DNA of 64,000 nucleotides from Rhodothermales bacterium (GTDB lineage Bacteria; Bacteroidota; Rhodothermia; Rhodothermales; JANQRZ01): NCBI GenBank assembly GCA_965214485.1, contig CBDCBW010000010.1, positions 130,594 to 194,593 of the forward strand, read 5' to 3'. Shown piece by piece: positions 62,482 to 64,000 of this stretch (position 1 is its first letter; each line of letters starts with the position of its first letter). The notes under the pieces were generated by a model. It saw only the letters and a program-made list of their open reading frames with translations, ran no database searches and was not told where the DNA came from. The position numbers and the translations under genes were made by a program.

Positions 62482-63663
62482 ATGACCTCGCTGCGCCTCG
62501 GCGTCCTCGCCACCCACCCGATCCAGTACCACGCGCCGCTCTACCGAGCGCTGGCCGACCGGCTCGACCTCCGGGTCTACTTCGCGCACCAGCAGACCGC
62601 GAAGGGGCAGGCCGCCGCCGGCTTCGGCGTGGCCTTCGAGTGGGACGTTCCGCTCCTCGACGGCTACTCGCACCAGTTCCTCACGAACGAGGCCGCTCAG
62701 CCCAGCACCGAAGGGTTCCAGGGGTGCAGCACCCCCGAGATCGCCGAGATCATTGAGCGCGAGCGTTTCGACGCGTTCCTCGTCACCGGTTGGTATAACC
62801 GCAGCTACTGGCAGGCGATACGCGCGTGCTGGCGGACCGGCACGCCCCTCTTGGTCCGTGGCGACTCCCAGCTCTCGACGCCGCGGCGGTGGTGGGTCCG
62901 GGCGGCCAAAGAGGGGTTCTACCGGTGGTTCATCCCGCGCTTCGACGCCTACCTCGTCGTCGGCGAGCGGGCGCGGGAGTACTACCTCCACTACGGGGCC
63001 GACGCCGGGCGCATGTTCTTCGTGCCGCACTTCGTAGACAATGCGTGGTTCCGCACGCGGGCCCAGGCTGTGCGCGCACGGGGGTCAGGCCTGCGCTCCG
63101 AGTTCGGCATCCACGAGAATGCCCTCATCCTGCTCTTCGCCGGGAAGTTCATTCCGAAGAAACGCCCCGGCGACGTAATCGCTGCCGCTGTCCGCCTTCA
63201 CGAACAGGGCTATGCCGTGGAGGTCGTTTTTGTGGGTTCGGGCGAGTTGGAGGCGTCGCTTCGAGAGGCCGCGACGCAGGCATCGGTGCCTGTCCACTTC
63301 GCCGGGTTCAAGAACCAGTCGGAGCTTCCCGACTACTACGTCGGAGCCGACCTGCTCGTGCTGCCGTCGGACGGTGGTGAGACGTGGGGCCTCGTTGTCA
63401 ACGAAGCCATGGCGTGCGGGACCCCGGCAGTCGTCTCTGACACCGTCGGCTGCGCGCCGGATCTCATCGATTTTGGTCAGACGGGATTTACGTTTTCTCT
63501 CGGGGACGTGAAGGACCTCGCTGAAGCGCTGGAACGAATGTTGCCGCTGCTTGGGTCTGCACAAGTCCGCCGAGCACTCGCCGAGAAAATGGAGACGTAC
63601 TCCGTCGAGACTGCTGCCGAGGGCGTGTTGCGCGCCGTCGAGGGCGTGCAAGTTGGGCACTAG
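62482..63663 (+). CDS. Glycosyltransferase family 4 (GT-B)
   Basis: 393 aa with LLFAGKFIPKKRP and an EX7E-type region LLVLPSDGGETWGLVVNEAMACGTPAVV. Confidence 0.75.
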   Translation: MTSLRLGVLATHPIQYHAPLYRALADRLDLRVYFAHQQTAKGQAAAGFGVAFEWDVPLLDGYSHQFLTNEAAQPSTEGFQGCSTPEIAEIIERERFDAFLVTGWYNRSYWQAIRACWRTGTPLLVRGDSQLSTPRRWWVRAAKEGFYRWFIPRFDAYLVVGERAREYYLHYGADAGRMFFVPHFVDNAWFRTRAQAVRARGSGLRSEFGIHENALILLFAGKFIPKKRPGDVIAAAVRLHEQGYAVEVVFVGSGELEASLREAATQASVPVHFAGFKNQSELPDYYVGADLLVLPSDGGETWGLVVNEAMACGTPAVVSDTVGCAPDLIDFGQTGFTFSLGDVKDLAEALERMLPLLGSAQVRRALAEKMETYSVETAAEGVLRAVEGVQVGH

Positions 63664-63835
63664 CAAGACGGGTGGACGCATGTGCCGCGAGGAGTCCGCC
63701 GAGGCTTTACGCGAGAGGCTGACCTGGACGTTGCCGCACAACGCCGCCCCGCTGGAAGCGATGAGGTAAGGGAGCGCGATCCTCCCTCGCCCCACTCAAC
63801 TCTGAAACCACGTTCACTAAGCTTGAGAGACGTCT

Positions 63836-64000
63836 TTGAACAGGTCTAGCCCATCCCTCGACTGTACCGACGCCCGGCCTGACCAGGGCGTACCGACAGG
63901 GCTAATCATCGGCTTCGTGGGAGCTGCGGTGGTCGGTCTCCTGAGCTCGAACCCGCTGCTGACGGCGGCGTGCCTCCTCACCGTTCCCGTCTTCTTCAAG
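63836..64000 (+). CDS. 5' end of a hydrophobic (membrane) protein, partial; start uncertain
   Basis: The frame is open from after the TGA at 63824-63826 to the window edge. It ends ...GLIIGFVGAAVVGLLSSNPLLTAACLLTVPVFFK. Only a TTG at 63836 is available as an upstream start. The product is unknown; in this context it could be a polymerase, ligase or flippase, which is a pure guess. Confidence 0.25.
   Translation, partial: MNRSSPSLDCTDARPDQGVPTGLIIGFVGAAVVGLLSSNPLLTAACLLTVPVFFK

Noticed and set aside
1-64000. Scan for tRNA/rRNA genes, CRISPR arrays, transposases, integrases and prophage genes
   Set aside because: No intergenic region contains tRNA-like T-arm/anticodon structure or rRNA-like sequence that I could recognise. 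No ORF shows DDE transposase, tyrosine/serine recombinase or phage structural motifs. Absence is based on reading by eye only.

Overview
Gene-dense, high-GC bacterial chromosomal segment (about 70% GC by eye, not computed). No rRNA, tRNA, CRISPR array, transposase or integrase was recognised. Four proteins end in Bacteroidota-type T9SS C-terminal sorting domains (YPNPF...VYVLRV-like), so the host is probably a high-GC Bacteroidota/Rhodothermota-like organism (inference). All product calls come from motif recognition by eye; no BLAST or HMM search was possible, and ORF starts were re-picked by hand wherever the track ORF ran into an upstream gene. Layout: (1) 1-22.8 kb is mostly housekeeping (MenE-like ligase, M20 peptidase, methyltransferase, IspH, gluconokinase, flotillin/NfeD, gamma-carbonic anhydrase, GAF-PAS histidine kinase), interspersed with secreted T9SS proteins. 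These include a 1136-aa protein built from (Glu-Ala)n / poly-Ala modules. (2) 22.9-25.0 kb holds two NarL/LuxR response regulators sharing a 624-bp block that is identical by eye. (3) 25.1-35.3 kb (minus strand) is the main finding. It is a complete lasso-peptide operon (PqqD RRE, B2 protease, cyclase, 61-aa precursor, HPr-kinase-like kinase, ABC exporter) extended by three tightly coupled genes: a split vitamin-K-carboxylase/HTTM-like membrane pair and a membrane-anchored endonuclease/exonuclease/phosphatase-family enzyme. A PF14907-type nucleotidyltransferase follows. (4) 35.5-64 kb is a large polysaccharide locus. It has a WecA-like initiating transferase, SLBB/Wza-like and Wzc-like export proteins, a Wzm/Wzt ABC transporter, about 11 glycosyltransferase genes, a PRTase-HAD fusion and five sulfotransferases, which predicts a heavily sulfated glycan. 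A recurring theme is blocks of 100% or near-100% DNA identity embedded in otherwise diverged paralogs (response regulators, sulfotransferase-GT2 modules, an intragenic GT2 pair, T9SS C-terminal cassettes). This pattern suggests active gene conversion.
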